From Acidobacteriota bacterium (GTDB lineage: Bacteria; Acidobacteriota; Thermoanaerobaculia; Gp7-AA8): a stretch of DNA of 64,000 bases. The notes under the pieces were generated by a model, which made no database searches, was not told the origin of the DNA, and saw only the letters and a program-made list of their open reading frames with translations. The translations under genes and the position numbers were made by a program. Shown here in pieces: positions 18,953 through 28,548 of this stretch. Each line of letters begins with the position of its first letter. The stretch's first letter is position 1. Location of the stretch: NCBI GenBank assembly GCA_019244185.1, contig JAFATB010000025.1, forward strand, positions 96,001 through 160,000. Reading direction: 5' to 3'.

Positions 18953-20347
18953 ATGGACGCTCCGCTGTTATCGGTCATCGTCCCCTGCTACAACGAACGC
19001 GCGACGGTCGCGGAGCTGCTGCGCCGCGTGCGCGAGGTTCCCGTCGACAAGGAGATCGTCGTCATCGACGATCAGTCCACCGATGGCTCGCGCGACGTCG
19101 TCGCCTCCCTCGGCTGGCCCGAGCTCCGCCACATCCTGCAGCCGGTGAACATGGGCAAAGGCGCCGCCATCCGCCGCGGCATCGCGGAAGCGCGTGGCGA
19201 GATCGTGCTCATTCAGGACGCCGATCTCGAGTACGACCCGGAGGAGTATCCGAAGCTCATTCAGCCGATCGTCGACGGCCACGCCGACGTCGTCTTCGGC
19301 TCGCGCTTCGAAGGCTACCCGCGCCGCGTGATGCTCTTCTGGCATCGCATGGGGAACACGTTCCTCACGTTTTTGTCGAACATGACCACGAACCTCGATC
19401 TCACGGATATGGAGACCTGCTACAAGGTCTTCCGCCGCGACGTGATCCAGTCGATCACGCTGCGCTCGAACCGCTTCGGCATCGAGCCGGAGATCACGGC
19501 GAAGGTCGCGCGCCGCGGCTATCGCATCTTCGAAGTGCCGATCTCGTACTACGGCCGCGAGTACTGGGAAGGGAAGAAGATCAACTGGAAGGACGGCTTC
19601 AGCGCGATCTGGACGATCCTGCGCTACGGCCTCTTCGAAGACCGCGCGAGCGAGCCGCGCACGTATCTGCAGCTGCGGCGCCGCGCGCGGCTGCACAAAT
19701 ACAACGCGTGGGTGTGGGAGCGGCTGCAGCCGTGGGTCGGGCAGCGCGTGCTCGAGGCGGGCGCGGGCAGCGGCACGATGACGCGCTTCTTCTACGGACG
19801 CGAGTTGATCGTCGCCGCGGACAAAGAGCAGCCGTATTACGACCGCCTGCGCAACGCGTTCCGCCGCCGTCCCGGCATTTTCGTCGAGCGTCTCGATCTC
19901 GAATCCGACAGCGCGCTCGCGCTCGCGCACTATCGCTTCGACACCGTGACGTGCATCAACGTCCTCGAACATACGGCCGACGACGTCGGCGCGCTGCGCC
20001 GCGCGCACGAGCTGCTCGTGCCGGGCGGGCGCGTGCTCGTGTTCGTGCCCGCCGATCCGGCGCTCTTCGGCTCGATGGACCGCGGCATCGGACACCTGCG
20101 TCGCTACACGAAAGAGGAATTGGTCGCGAAACTGCAGCAGGCGGGCTTCGAGGTGGAGCACGTGAGCTTTCAGAATCGCGTCGGCCGTCTGGCCTGGCGC
20201 CTCAACACGACGTTCTTCGCGCGCCGCGCGCTGCCGTCGGGACAGTCGCGCGTGTTCGACGCGCTCGTGCCGCTGCTGCGCAGACTCGAAGGGGACACTC
20301 CGCCGAACGGCCTCAGTCTCATCGCGGTCGGGAGAAAGTCCGCGTGA
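18953..20347 (+). CDS. GT2 glycosyltransferase (DPM1-like) fused to class I SAM methyltransferase
   Basis: [36 protein letters not shown]; then [13 protein letters not shown]. Confidence 0.92.
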   Translation: MDAPLLSVIVPCYNERATVAELLRRVREVPVDKEIVVIDDQSTDGSRDVVASLGWPELRHILQPVNMGKGAAIRRGIAEARGEIVLIQDADLEYDPEEYPKLIQPIVDGHADVVFGSRFEGYPRRVMLFWHRMGNTFLTFLSNMTTNLDLTDMETCYKVFRRDVIQSITLRSNRFGIEPEITAKVARRGYRIFEVPISYYGREYWEGKKINWKDGFSAIWTILRYGLFEDRASEPRTYLQLRRRARLHKYNAWVWERLQPWVGQRVLEAGAGSGTMTRFFYGRELIVAADKEQPYYDRLRNAFRRRPGIFVERLDLESDSALALAHYRFDTVTCINVLEHTADDVGALRRAHELLVPGGRVLVFVPADPALFGSMDRGIGHLRRYTKEELVAKLQQAGFEVEHVSFQNRVGRLAWRLNTTFFARRALPSGQSRVFDALVPLLRRLEGDTPPNGLSLIAVGRKSA

Positions 20348-21198
20348 CGCGCGCCGCGGTGATCCTCGCCGGCGGCGCCGGCACGCGTCTGCGTCCGCTG
20401 AGCTCCGACGAGAATCCGAAGCAATTCCTGAAGCTCTTCGACGGCCGCTCGCTGCTGCAACTGACGTGGTCGCGCGTCGCGCGGCTGCTGCCGCCGGAAG
20501 CGATCTTCGTCTCGACGAACGTCCAGTACGCGGACAAGTGCCGCGCGCATCTGCCGGAGCTGCCGCGCGAGAACGTGCTCGCCGAGCCCGCGCGCCGCAA
20601 CACCGCACCCGCGATCGCGCTCTGCACCTTCGCCATCGAATCGCGCCTCGGTCCGAGCACGGTCGCGTTCCTCGCGTCGGATCACTTCATCGCCGACGAG
20701 CCGGAGTTCGTGCGCGTGCTCGATCGCGCGTACGCATTCGCGGAAACGCACGACACGCTGATGACCATCGGCATCGAACCGACGGAGCCGAACACCGGCT
20801 ACGGCTATCTCGAGCTCGCGGAGCGCATCGAGGACGAGGTCTTCCGCGTGGCCGCGTTCACGGAGAAGCCGGACGAGGCGCGCGCGCGCGAGTTCCTGCG
20901 CGCCGGCAACTACGCCTGGAACGCGAGCATGTTCGTCTGGCGCACGGACGTGTTTCGCCGCGAGCTCACCGCGGCCGCGCCGGAGATCGCGCGCGTGACG
21001 AACGAGAACTACGAGTCGATGCCGTCGATCTCGATCGACTACGCGATGATGGAGAAGAGCCGCGACGTGGCCACGATTCGCGGAGATTTCGGCTGGTCGG
21101 ACGTGGGGTCGTTCGAGGCGCTGCGGAAAGTGGGAGTGGTGTTGCCGGAGGGGATTGAGAAGATGAATGAAGAACGCAGAACGCAGAACGCAGAATGA
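20344..21198 (+). CDS. manC: Mannose-1-phosphate guanylyltransferase (no PMI domain)
   Basis: [58 protein letters not shown]; GTGA overlap. Confidence 0.9.
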   Translation: MTRAAVILAGGAGTRLRPLSSDENPKQFLKLFDGRSLLQLTWSRVARLLPPEAIFVSTNVQYADKCRAHLPELPRENVLAEPARRNTAPAIALCTFAIESRLGPSTVAFLASDHFIADEPEFVRVLDRAYAFAETHDTLMTIGIEPTEPNTGYGYLELAERIEDEVFRVAAFTEKPDEARAREFLRAGNYAWNASMFVWRTDVFRRELTAAAPEIARVTNENYESMPSISIDYAMMEKSRDVATIRGDFGWSDVGSFEALRKVGVVLPEGIEKMNEERRTQNAE

Positions 21199-21273
21199 AG
21201 AAAGGAGCACGTGCGCGCGCAGCGCGCCACCACCGTTCTCAATTCTTCATTCTGCGTTCTGCGTTCTTCATTC
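21165..21273. repeat. Inverted array of heptamers (GAATGAA/GAACGCA) between convergent genes
   Basis: Five heptamers 21165-21199 mirrored by four reverse-complement heptamers 21246-21273. Confidence 0.85.
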
Positions 21274-22110
21274 GTCTTTGAACAGCGCCGCCGCGTTCTC
21301 CCACAGGATCTTCCGCTCGACGGCTTCGCCGAGTCCGAGCGCGAGAAAATCCTCGACGTTCTTCTTCATCGACACGACGCCCGGCGACGGCCAGTCGGTG
21401 CCCCACAAGACTTTGTCGGCGAGATCGGCGACGCGCGGGACGTAGCGCAGCAGCGCTTTCGGCGGAATGCCGGAGATGTCGAGGCGCACGTTCGCGTGCC
21501 GCCGCGCGAGGAAGAACGCGGTCTCGCCGTAGAGGGGGCGTCCCGCGTGCGCGAGGATGATCGGCAGGCGCGGGAAGTCGATGGCCACGTCGTCGATCGG
21601 CATCGGATCGGCGAAGACGTTGCGCGCGCGCGGAAACACGGACGTCCCCGTGTGGAACATCACCGGCACGCCGCGCTCCTCGCATTCGCGGTAGATCTCC
21701 GCGAGCTGCCACAGCTCGCCGCGGTAACCGTTCGGCGCGAAGAGCTGGTGCGGCGGATGGATCTTGATCATGCCGATGCCGAGGTCGAGGACGCGGCGGA
21801 TCTCGCCGCGCACGTCCATCTCGTGCAGCGGATTGACCGAGCCGACGGCGACGAGGCGATCGCGATGCCCGCGCGTGAAGTTCGCGATCCAGTCGTTCAC
21901 CTCGCGCGTGAAGCCCATGACGTCCGGCGAGACGTAGTTGATGCAGCCGATGCGCTCGACGCCTTCGGCATCCATGTGCCGCAGCAGCGCCTCCGGCGTC
22001 GCGAGGATGTCCTTCGCGTTCGCATGCGAGGCGTCGTCGATCAGCGCGAGCGCCTCGGGCTTCACCATCTCCCACGGCTGGACGTGGACGTGGATGTCGA
22101 AGACTCTCAC
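21268..22110 (-). CDS. Amidohydrolase-family protein (amidohydro_2 type)
   Basis: DIHVH, IKIHP, MFHTG, ILAHAG, LWGTDWP; GTG 22110 overlaps the upstream stop. Confidence 0.9.
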   Translation of the reverse strand: MRVFDIHVHVQPWEMVKPEALALIDDASHANAKDILATPEALLRHMDAEGVERIGCINYVSPDVMGFTREVNDWIANFTRGHRDRLVAVGSVNPLHEMDVRGEIRRVLDLGIGMIKIHPPHQLFAPNGYRGELWQLAEIYRECEERGVPVMFHTGTSVFPRARNVFADPMPIDDVAIDFPRLPIILAHAGRPLYGETAFFLARRHANVRLDISGIPPKALLRYVPRVADLADKVLWGTDWPSPGVVSMKKNVEDFLALGLGEAVERKILWENAAALFKDE

Positions 22111-22556
22111 GCCAGCATCACCAGCCGCATGCAGACCGCGCTGTCGCAAACGCCGTCCTGAAATTCAGTGGAGCCGAGCAGCTGCGGATGCACTTCGTCG
22201 CGATCGATCGGCTTGAAGCCGCGCTTGCGGAAGTACTCCTCGGCGCTCGTCGTCAGCAGGTAGAACTCGCGCAGGCCTCGCGACGCGAGACGGTCAAGGA
22301 GTTGACGAACGACGCGGCGGCCGAGGCCCTGGCTGCGATACGCGGGCGTCACGGCGATCGAGCGGATCAGTGCCGCGAACTGGTACGCCTCGGCGCCGCC
22401 GCACGCCACGAGCTCGCCGAGGTGGCGCGCGACCAGGAACGTCTTCCAGTGCTCGTCGACGCCGGAGGTGGGAAGTCCGGCATTCGTGAGGAGTGCCTTG
22501 ATGGCGTCGACGTCGTTCGCCGTCGCCGGCGCGATCGTGATTTCAGTGGTCGACAT
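22107..22556 (-). CDS. GNAT acetyltransferase, ArsN2-like
   Basis: LIRSIAV..YRSQGLG, YLLTTSAEEYF, C-terminal STEF...CDSAVCM. Confidence 0.75.
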   Translation of the reverse strand: MSTTEITIAPATANDVDAIKALLTNAGLPTSGVDEHWKTFLVARHLGELVACGGAEAYQFAALIRSIAVTPAYRSQGLGRRVVRQLLDRLASRGLREFYLLTTSAEEYFRKRGFKPIDRDEVHPQLLGSTEFQDGVCDSAVCMRLVMLA

Positions 22557-22576
22557 GAACGCGGCCGATGATAACG

Positions 22577-22604
22577 AAAAAGGCCGCGCCTGGCGGCGCG
22601 GCCT
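22577..22604 (-). terminator. Rho-independent terminator
   Basis: On minus strand AGGCCGCGCC-GCCA-GGCGCGGCCT followed by a T tract, downstream of 22629-23021. Confidence 0.85.
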
Positions 22605-22628
22605 CGCGTGACTGCGTTGGTCGAAGCG

Positions 22629-23021
22629 TTAGTGGCGGCCGGAGGACGAGCTGCCGAGGTCGCCCGTGCTGCCGATTTCGCCCTTGTTGCTGCTGCCGGA
22701 GCCGCGCGACGTGCCGCTGCTCGGGTTGTTCTCCATGTTGCTTCCGGTCGAGCCGCTGTTGCGACCGCTCGACGAACCGTAGCCGCCGCTGCCGGAGTTG
22801 CGCGACGATTCGTTGCTCACGTTCTCGTTGTTCAGGTTGTCTTCATTCCGGTTGTGCATGTTGTCTCCTTCGAGTTGTTCGGCGCGTCCGATGTGTTCAC
22901 CGAACTCCACGCCGTTACCGCTCTGCTCGCGCCCCTTCCGCTCCTCGGTCCGGCGATTCAGATCACCGGCGTCGGTCGGTGTGGTGCGCTTGCTGACGCC
23001 ATCGCGTTCGCGATTTTCCAT
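22629..23021 (-). CDS. Low-complexity hydrophilic (S/G/N/E/R-rich) hypothetical protein
   Basis: GGAGG RBS before ATG 23021; own promoter and terminator; second in-frame ATG at 22859 with AAGGAG RBS. Confidence 0.75.
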   Translation of the reverse strand: MENRERDGVSKRTTPTDAGDLNRRTEERKGREQSGNGVEFGEHIGRAEQLEGDNMHNRNEDNLNNENVSNESSRNSGSGGYGSSSGRNSGSTGSNMENNPSSGTSRGSGSSNKGEIGSTGDLGSSSSGRH

Positions 23022-23043
23022 GTCACCTCCTGCCTTCCGGAAG

Positions 23044-23073
23044 TGCAACACGGATGCCGATAACTCATTGACT
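23044..23073 (-). promoter_or_regulatory. Sigma54 promoter with adjacent IHF-like site
   Basis: Minus strand cGGcatccgtgttGCa (GG-N10-GC, 23058-23045); AGTCAATGAGTTA (23073-23061) has one mismatch to WATCAAN4TTR. Confidence 0.7.
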
Positions 23074-23088
23074 CGTAAAGGAATAAAG

Positions 23089-23823
23089 TCAGCGCAACTC
23101 GAAGACGACGGACACCGTGTAGCCGTTCTCCTGCGTCCCCGCCTCGACCGGAACGTCGACCTGCGCGGCCTGCGCTTTCATCGCCATCGCGCGCACTGGA
23201 TACGGCGGCGGCGGCGCTGCCTGCGAGCCTTCGCTGATCGAGAGCGCGCGGCCGAGCGTGCGGCCCGCGGCCTGTGCAAGCGCGTTCGCGCGGGCGCGCG
23301 CATCGTCGAACGCGGCGCGCAGTCCCTGCTCGCGGCCGCGCGCCGGGTCGGAGACTTCGAACTGCAGGCCGGACGACGTGTTCACGCCGGCGGCGATGGC
23401 GATGCCGAGAAGCCGGCCGGCGTCGGCGACCTTCTCGCTGCGCACGGTCACGCTGTTCGTCGCCTGATAGCCGACGATGCGCGGCATCTGGTTCTGCTGA
23501 TAGTCCTGCTGCGGATAGAGATTGAATCCCGAGGTCTGGATGTCTTCATCGCGAGCGCCCGCTTTCTTCAGCGCGGCGATGACGGCGGCGACGCGGCGGT
23601 TGTTCTCGGCGACGGCGTCGTCGACGGTTGCGGACATCGTCTGCACTCCGACGTTGAAGGTGAAGCGATCGGGCGTGAGCGCGACGCGCCCGGTGCCGGT
23701 CACGCTGACCGTCTCCGGCGGATGCATCATCGGCATCATCTGCGGGTTCGGATTCGGCGGCGCCTGCTGGGCGAAGACCGCGGTGCTCGCGGCGAGGAAC
23801 AACGTGGCGAGAAATGTTTTCAT
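23089..23823 (-). CDS. SIMPL (DUF541) domain periplasmic protein
   Basis: Signal peptide; VSVTGTG..PD, DIQTS..LYPQ, GYQATNSVTV, AFDDARARANALA; GGAGG RBS. Confidence 0.92.
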   Translation of the reverse strand: MKTFLATLFLAASTAVFAQQAPPNPNPQMMPMMHPPETVSVTGTGRVALTPDRFTFNVGVQTMSATVDDAVAENNRRVAAVIAALKKAGARDEDIQTSGFNLYPQQDYQQNQMPRIVGYQATNSVTVRSEKVADAGRLLGIAIAAGVNTSSGLQFEVSDPARGREQGLRAAFDDARARANALAQAAGRTLGRALSISEGSQAAPPPPYPVRAMAMKAQAAQVDVPVEAGTQENGYTVSVVFELR

Positions 23824-23851
23824 GCAACCTCCTGGTTTCGGGAGCACCATC

Positions 23852-24082
23852 ATGGCAGACCCCCACGACAAAGTTCCGGGACAGCCCACGGGACGCTACT
23901 ACGTCGATTCGCAGTGCATCGACTGCGATCTCTGCCGCGAGACCTCGCCCGCGAACTTCGTGCGGAATGACGAGCAGTGCTTCTCCTTCGTCTACAAACA
24001 GCCCGAGACGCCGGAAGAAGAACTGCTCTGCAAGGACGCGATGGACAACTGTCCCGTGGAAGCGATCGGCAACGACGGTTAG
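23852..24082 (+). CDS. Ferredoxin (single cluster)
   Basis: YYVDSQCIDCDLC...CPVEAIG; GGAG RBS. Confidence 0.93.
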   Translation: MADPHDKVPGQPTGRYYVDSQCIDCDLCRETSPANFVRNDEQCFSFVYKQPETPEEELLCKDAMDNCPVEAIGNDG

Positions 24083-24114
24083 AGGCCGCGAGGGCGCGGC
24101 GCGAAACCGCGCGC

Positions 24115-24543
24115 TCAGTGCAGCTTCTTGTCGACGCTCACCTGCTCGTGCCAGTCGTCGGCGAGCAACACCTCGATGAGCTCCTGCAACTCTTCCATGT
24201 GGAAGGGCTTCGTGAGCGCCGCGGTCATGCTGTTGCCCTTGGTGATCGTGAGGATGTCGCCTTTGCCCGACGCGACGACGACCGGCGTCCGCCGGCCTTG
24301 CTCGGCGTACCAGCTGATCCACTCCTCGCCGCTCATGCCGGGAAGGTTGAGGTCGAGCAGAATCAGGCGGGTGTCGGGGTTCGCGTTGAGGAGGCTGATC
24401 CCCTCCAGCGCGCCGCTGGCGGAGAGCACCTCATAGCCGCGCTTCTGCAGGTACGACTTGTAGAGCGCCAGCACTTCGGGATCGTCCTCGATGGCGAGGA
24501 TTTTGTTGTTCACTTTGCTGCTGTTCGTGTGTTGCTCCAGCAT
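24115..24543 (-). CDS. Single-domain response regulator
   Basis: ILAIEDD, ILLDLNLPGMSG, VASG, KPF; AGGAG RBS. Confidence 0.9.
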   Translation of the reverse strand: MLEQHTNSSKVNNKILAIEDDPEVLALYKSYLQKRGYEVLSASGALEGISLLNANPDTRLILLDLNLPGMSGEEWISWYAEQGRRTPVVVASGKGDILTITKGNSMTAALTKPFHMEELQELIEVLLADDWHEQVSVDKKLH

Positions 24544-24615
24544 CGTGTTCTCCTGCACCGGCCGCTCTTGCGAGTTTCATGCTAACTGCTGAGCCGGTCC
24601 GTCGATAATGCCGGC

Positions 24616-24873
24616 GTGGGTGCGGCTCTCTGGCTCGGATGCGGCGTTCTGGCGTTTCTCGTTGCGAGGATCGTTCCGTTCTCGCGCCGTCCGGTCTGGC
24701 TGCCGGAGCTCGCGGTCTCTCTCGTGATCTCCGTGCTCCTCGGCCTCGTCGCGACCGCGCTCGACCTCGGCGGCTGGCGCGAGCCCGACTGGCGCGCCGC
24801 CGCGTTCGCGGGTTTCGGCGCGCTCGCGGCGATCGGGCTCCTGCGCCTCGCTACGCGCCCCACGCCTCACTGA
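24616..24873 (+). CDS. Small membrane protein (3 predicted TM)
   Basis: Three hydrophobic segments; GATAAT 6 nt before GTG; fills the gap between neighbours. Confidence 0.6.
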   Translation: MGAALWLGCGVLAFLVARIVPFSRRPVWLPELAVSLVISVLLGLVATALDLGGWREPDWRAAAFAGFGALAAIGLLRLATRPTPH

Positions 24874-25942
24874 GCGCGCGGCGGAAGTTCGTGCCGAGGA
24901 TCTTCTCGATGACGCGCGACGCAACGCCGCGCTTCGCAAGACCATCGGCGATCTGCGCGAGCTTGCGCGGAACGTTCGCATCCGCGAGATACGTCGGACG
25001 ATCTTCTTCCGGGGCGGACACGCCGGCCTTCTTGCGCTCGTCGAGCTGCCGCTGGAACGCGGCCATGTTCGCGGCCGACGTGTCGAACGGCTCCATGCCG
25101 ACGTCGGTGCCGATGCCGACGTGGTCCTCCCCCATCACCGCGAGCGCGTGCGTCATGTGCGCGAGGTAATCGTCGGTCGCCGGCTGCTTCGGCGACGCCG
25201 CGATGTACGGCAGCATGTAGATGCCGAGCACCGCGCCCTTCGCCGCCGCGGCTTTCAGCAGCGCGTCGCTCTTGTTGCGCGGATGCGCATGCACCGCCGC
25301 GCAGCCGCCGTGCGAGAGGATCGGCGTCTTCGTCGTCGCCGCCAGCGCGGCGAGGCTGGTCTCCTCGTTCGCGTGACTCAGATCGAGCGCGACGCCGGTC
25401 TCGTTCATCCTCGTGATCGCCGCGCGACCGAGCTCCGTGAGGCCGCCTTTCGCGAGCACGCCGGAGCCGAACGGGCTGGGAATGTTGTACGACAGCTGCA
25501 TGACGCGCACGCCGAGGTTGCGGAAGAGGGTGATGCGGTCGAGCTGCCCGTCGAGCATGGCGATGCCTTCGAACGAGAAGATCATTCCGCTCTTGCGCTC
25601 GCGCTGCGCGCGGTCGATGTCGGCGACGGTGCGCACCTGCAGCAGTGCGTCGGGATGCTCCTCGATGACGCGGCTCCAGAACGCGAGCTCGTCGACGGTG
25701 TCGGTGAACGACGAGCCGAAGCCGCCGATGGTGGTCTTGCAGATGCGCACGCCGGAGTCGCGCAGCATCGCGAGGTCGTCTTTGCTCATGCCCGCGGCCG
25801 AGCTGACCGGCGGCGCGGTGTTCATGTCGATGACGAGCGCGCGATCGTAGAGGCTCGGGTCCGCGGCGGCCGCGCGGCGCGGCACCGCGAGCGAGACGGA
25901 GGCGGCGACGGCGGCAGCAGCGAACTCGCGCCGGTTGAGCAT
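24851..25942 (-). CDS. Membrane dipeptidase (M19 family) with Tat signal
   Basis: NRREF twin-arginine motif; FEG, GVRVMQLSYN, LDLSH, SHGGC..HPRN, HVGIGTD. Confidence 0.9.
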   Translation of the reverse strand: MLNRREFAAAAVAASVSLAVPRRAAAADPSLYDRALVIDMNTAPPVSSAAGMSKDDLAMLRDSGVRICKTTIGGFGSSFTDTVDELAFWSRVIEEHPDALLQVRTVADIDRAQRERKSGMIFSFEGIAMLDGQLDRITLFRNLGVRVMQLSYNIPSPFGSGVLAKGGLTELGRAAITRMNETGVALDLSHANEETSLAALAATTKTPILSHGGCAAVHAHPRNKSDALLKAAAAKGAVLGIYMLPYIAASPKQPATDDYLAHMTHALAVMGEDHVGIGTDVGMEPFDTSAANMAAFQRQLDERKKAGVSAPEEDRPTYLADANVPRKLAQIADGLAKRGVASRVIEKILGTNFRRALSEAWGA

Positions 25943-25951
25943 GCGCCGATG

Positions 25952-26278
25952 TTAGCAACGAAGGCGCGCGATGGCGGCACGGGCCTGCGCGCGCAACGCC
26001 TCGAGATCGACGCCGCGCGCGTTCGTGACGTCGGCCATCGCGCGGATCCCTTCCTCGAGCCGCTCCACGGCCGCGCGGCGCTGCCCGCGCGAGACATGAT
26101 GCATGCCGGTGCTGAGCTGCAGGAGCACGCGCACGAGCGGCACTTCATCGCGCACGGCCTCGAAGAAGAGCTCCTCGAAGAGATCCGAGGCTTCGAGCCA
26201 GTCGCCGGATGCGACGTGCGCGAGCGCGGCGGCGAAGCGCGGATCGTCTTCCAGCGGCGGCAGCGCGGCGTGCGACAA
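25952..26278 (-). CDS. DUF309-like protein
   Basis: GDWLEASDLFEELF..LLQLSTGMHH..G..A pattern; start uncertain (TTG). Confidence 0.6.
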   Translation of the reverse strand: MSHAALPPLEDDPRFAAALAHVASGDWLEASDLFEELFFEAVRDEVPLVRVLLQLSTGMHHVSRGQRRAAVERLEEGIRAMADVTNARGVDLEALRAQARAAIARLRC

Positions 26279-26296
26279 GCGCGGTCGATTGTAAAC

Positions 26297-27190
26297 TTGC
26301 GCCGCTTGCTGCGCGGTCTGCCGCTCATCCCGCTGCTCCTCGCGAACCTCATGCTCTGGGGCACGCTGGTGTTCCTCGGCGGGTTCGTCAAGTTGTTGAC
26401 CTTCGGCGCCGCGCGCCGCCGCGTGATCCTCGGCATGGCCTGGCTGGCCGAGCGCTGGGTCATCACCAACGACTTTCTCTTCGATACCTTTCTCTCGACG
26501 CGGTGGGACGTCGACGGCTTCGAGACGCTGCGCCACGACGGCCACTACCTCGTCATCAGCAATCACCTCTCGTGGATCGACATCTTCGCGCTCTGCCGCG
26601 TGCTGCACGGCCACGCGCCGTTCATCCGCTTCTTTCTCAAGCACGCGCTGATCTGGTTCCCGATCGTGGGACAGGCGTGCTGGAGCCTCGAGTTCCCGTT
26701 CATGCGCCGCTACTCGCCCGAGTACCTCGCCGCGCATCCGGAGAAACGCGGGCGCGATCTCGAGACGACGCGCATCGCCTGCCGCCGCTATCGCGACATC
26801 CCGGTGACGATCGCGAACTTCGTCGAGGGGACGCGCTTCACGCGCGCGAAGCACGCCGAGCAGCAGTCGCCGTATCGATACCTGCTGCGGCCGCGCGTGG
26901 GCGGCGTCGGCTTCGTGCTCGCGTCGATGGCCGAGCAGCTCGACGCGGTGTACGACGTCACCATCGTCTATCCCGCGCATGAAGACGCCACGATCCTGTC
27001 GTTCGTCCTCAACCGCGTGCCGCGCGTCATCGTGCGCGGGCGCAGGCTCGACGTGCCGCGCGAGTTCTACGACGACGCGATCACGCAACCGGGTCCGGAG
27101 CGCGAGCGGTTCAAAGGGTGGATCGAGGCGATCTGGCGCGAGAAGGACGCACAGATCGCCTCGCTCGTCGAATCGTCTACTTCTGCTTGA
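26297..27190 (+). CDS. PlsC-family acyltransferase (YihG-like)
   Basis: NHLSWID, FFLK..LIWFP, FPFMRRYS, FVEGTRF, WREKD. Confidence 0.9.
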   Translation: MRRLLRGLPLIPLLLANLMLWGTLVFLGGFVKLLTFGAARRRVILGMAWLAERWVITNDFLFDTFLSTRWDVDGFETLRHDGHYLVISNHLSWIDIFALCRVLHGHAPFIRFFLKHALIWFPIVGQACWSLEFPFMRRYSPEYLAAHPEKRGRDLETTRIACRRYRDIPVTIANFVEGTRFTRAKHAEQQSPYRYLLRPRVGGVGFVLASMAEQLDAVYDVTIVYPAHEDATILSFVLNRVPRVIVRGRRLDVPREFYDDAITQPGPERERFKGWIEAIWREKDAQIASLVESSTSA

Positions 27191-28148
27191 AGTCCGCCGG
27201 CAGCGCGACGTCGGACGCGGACGTCGACGCGCGCAGGACGTCGGTCGTCGACTCGAACAGCTTGCTGTGACCCGGCGCGGATGCCGCGTCGCCGCTGCCG
27301 CTGTTGCGCTTCTTCATCGCGCGCGAGAGCAGGCCGCCGACCACGCCGCCGCCACCCGAGTCCTCATCCTTCGCTTCCTGTCCCGGCGCGGCCACGCTCT
27401 CGAACGTGAGCGTCGTGCGCACGGCGTCGCCTTCGAACGACGAGCGCTTTGCGGCGAACGCCTTCATCGCCTTCGCGAACGTCGGCGTCGACGCCATCAG
27501 CACCGCCATCTGCTGCATCTCCGCGCTCGGGTCGCCGTAGAGCTGGCGGAAGTACTTCTCGTTGAACGCGAGCACCTCGCGCAGCGCGGGAATGCGCGGT
27601 CCCATCCAGAGATCGGCGGTGAGGACGGCGCCGCCCGACTGCGCGAGCTTCTTGCCTTTCTCGTGCACCGTCGCGGTGACGAGCACCTCGTGCGTGTCGT
27701 AGTCGCCGATCTTCTCCTTCTTGCCCGTTTCACGGACGTCGAAGTCGACCTCGTACTCGGGACCTTCTTTCTTTTTCGCCTTGTCGTCGTCCGCGTCGTC
27801 GGCCTGCTCCGCGGCGCGCTTCTTCGCGTCCTCGAGCTGCTTGCGCAGCTCGTCGAACGTCACGACCTTGTACGTCTTGCGGCCGTAGTCGAGGCGATAG
27901 ATTTTCTCGGCGGAGAGGTCGACGAGCTCGCCGGTCTCGCCGGTGACGGTGAGTCGGCGCGGGCCTTTGACGGACGTGGTGCTGTCGACGCCTTCGCGCG
28001 CGGCGCGGCCGCCGAAGACGTTGACGATGCCGCCGACCACGCCGCCGAAGTGCACGGTGGTGTGCTGTTCGACGGTGGCGTCGGCGAGGCAAACGGACGC
28101 CGCGAGCGAGAGCGCGGCGGTGATGCAAAGAGAGCGGATCGGGACCAT
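27177..28148 (-). CDS. Exported hypothetical protein
   Basis: Signal peptide, AGGAG RBS, coherent 323-aa ORF ending LPADFKQK. Confidence 0.75.
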   Translation of the reverse strand: MVPIRSLCITAALSLAASVCLADATVEQHTTVHFGGVVGGIVNVFGGRAAREGVDSTTSVKGPRRLTVTGETGELVDLSAEKIYRLDYGRKTYKVVTFDELRKQLEDAKKRAAEQADDADDDKAKKKEGPEYEVDFDVRETGKKEKIGDYDTHEVLVTATVHEKGKKLAQSGGAVLTADLWMGPRIPALREVLAFNEKYFRQLYGDPSAEMQQMAVLMASTPTFAKAMKAFAAKRSSFEGDAVRTTLTFESVAAPGQEAKDEDSGGGGVVGGLLSRAMKKRNSGSGDAASAPGHSKLFESTTDVLRASTSASDVALPADFKQK

Positions 28149-28185
28149 GCGGATGAATCTCCTATCGTTCTGGTACTTTGTCGTC

Positions 28186-28548
28186 ATGTACCAGCCGGTT
28201 TCGTTCGCGGAAAAGTTCGCACGTTTTGCCGAGACATTCCAGCCGAAAGTGGTGGCGCAGATGAATGACGTGCAATTCAAGCTCGTGCGCGTCGAAGGCG
28301 ACTTCGTCTGGCACAGCCATCCCGAGACCGACGAGGCGTTCCTCGTCATCGAAGGAATGCTGGCCATCGACTTCCGCGACGGACGCGTCGAACTGCAGCC
28401 GGGCGAGCTGTTCGTCGTGCCGCGCGGCAAGGAGCACAAGCCGTTCGCCGCGGGCGAGACGAAGATCCTCCTCATCGAGCCGGCAGGCACGCAGAACACC
28501 GGCGATGCGGGCGGCGCGATGACGGCACCGATGGACGTGTGGATCTGA
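28186..28548 (+). CDS. Cupin-domain protein
   Basis: [30 protein letters not shown]. Confidence 0.92.
   Translation: MYQPVSFAEKFARFAETFQPKVVAQMNDVQFKLVRVEGDFVWHSHPETDEAFLVIEGMLAIDFRDGRVELQPGELFVVPRGKEHKPFAAGETKILLIEPAGTQNTGDAGGAMTAPMDVWI

Noticed and set aside
18934-21198. 754-aa ORF as a long ManC fusion
   Set aside because: The N-terminal part is a shadow of the GT2 gene; ManC begins at GTG 20344
21165-21273. Heptamer array as CRISPR
   Set aside because: 7-bp units without unique spacers and no cas genes
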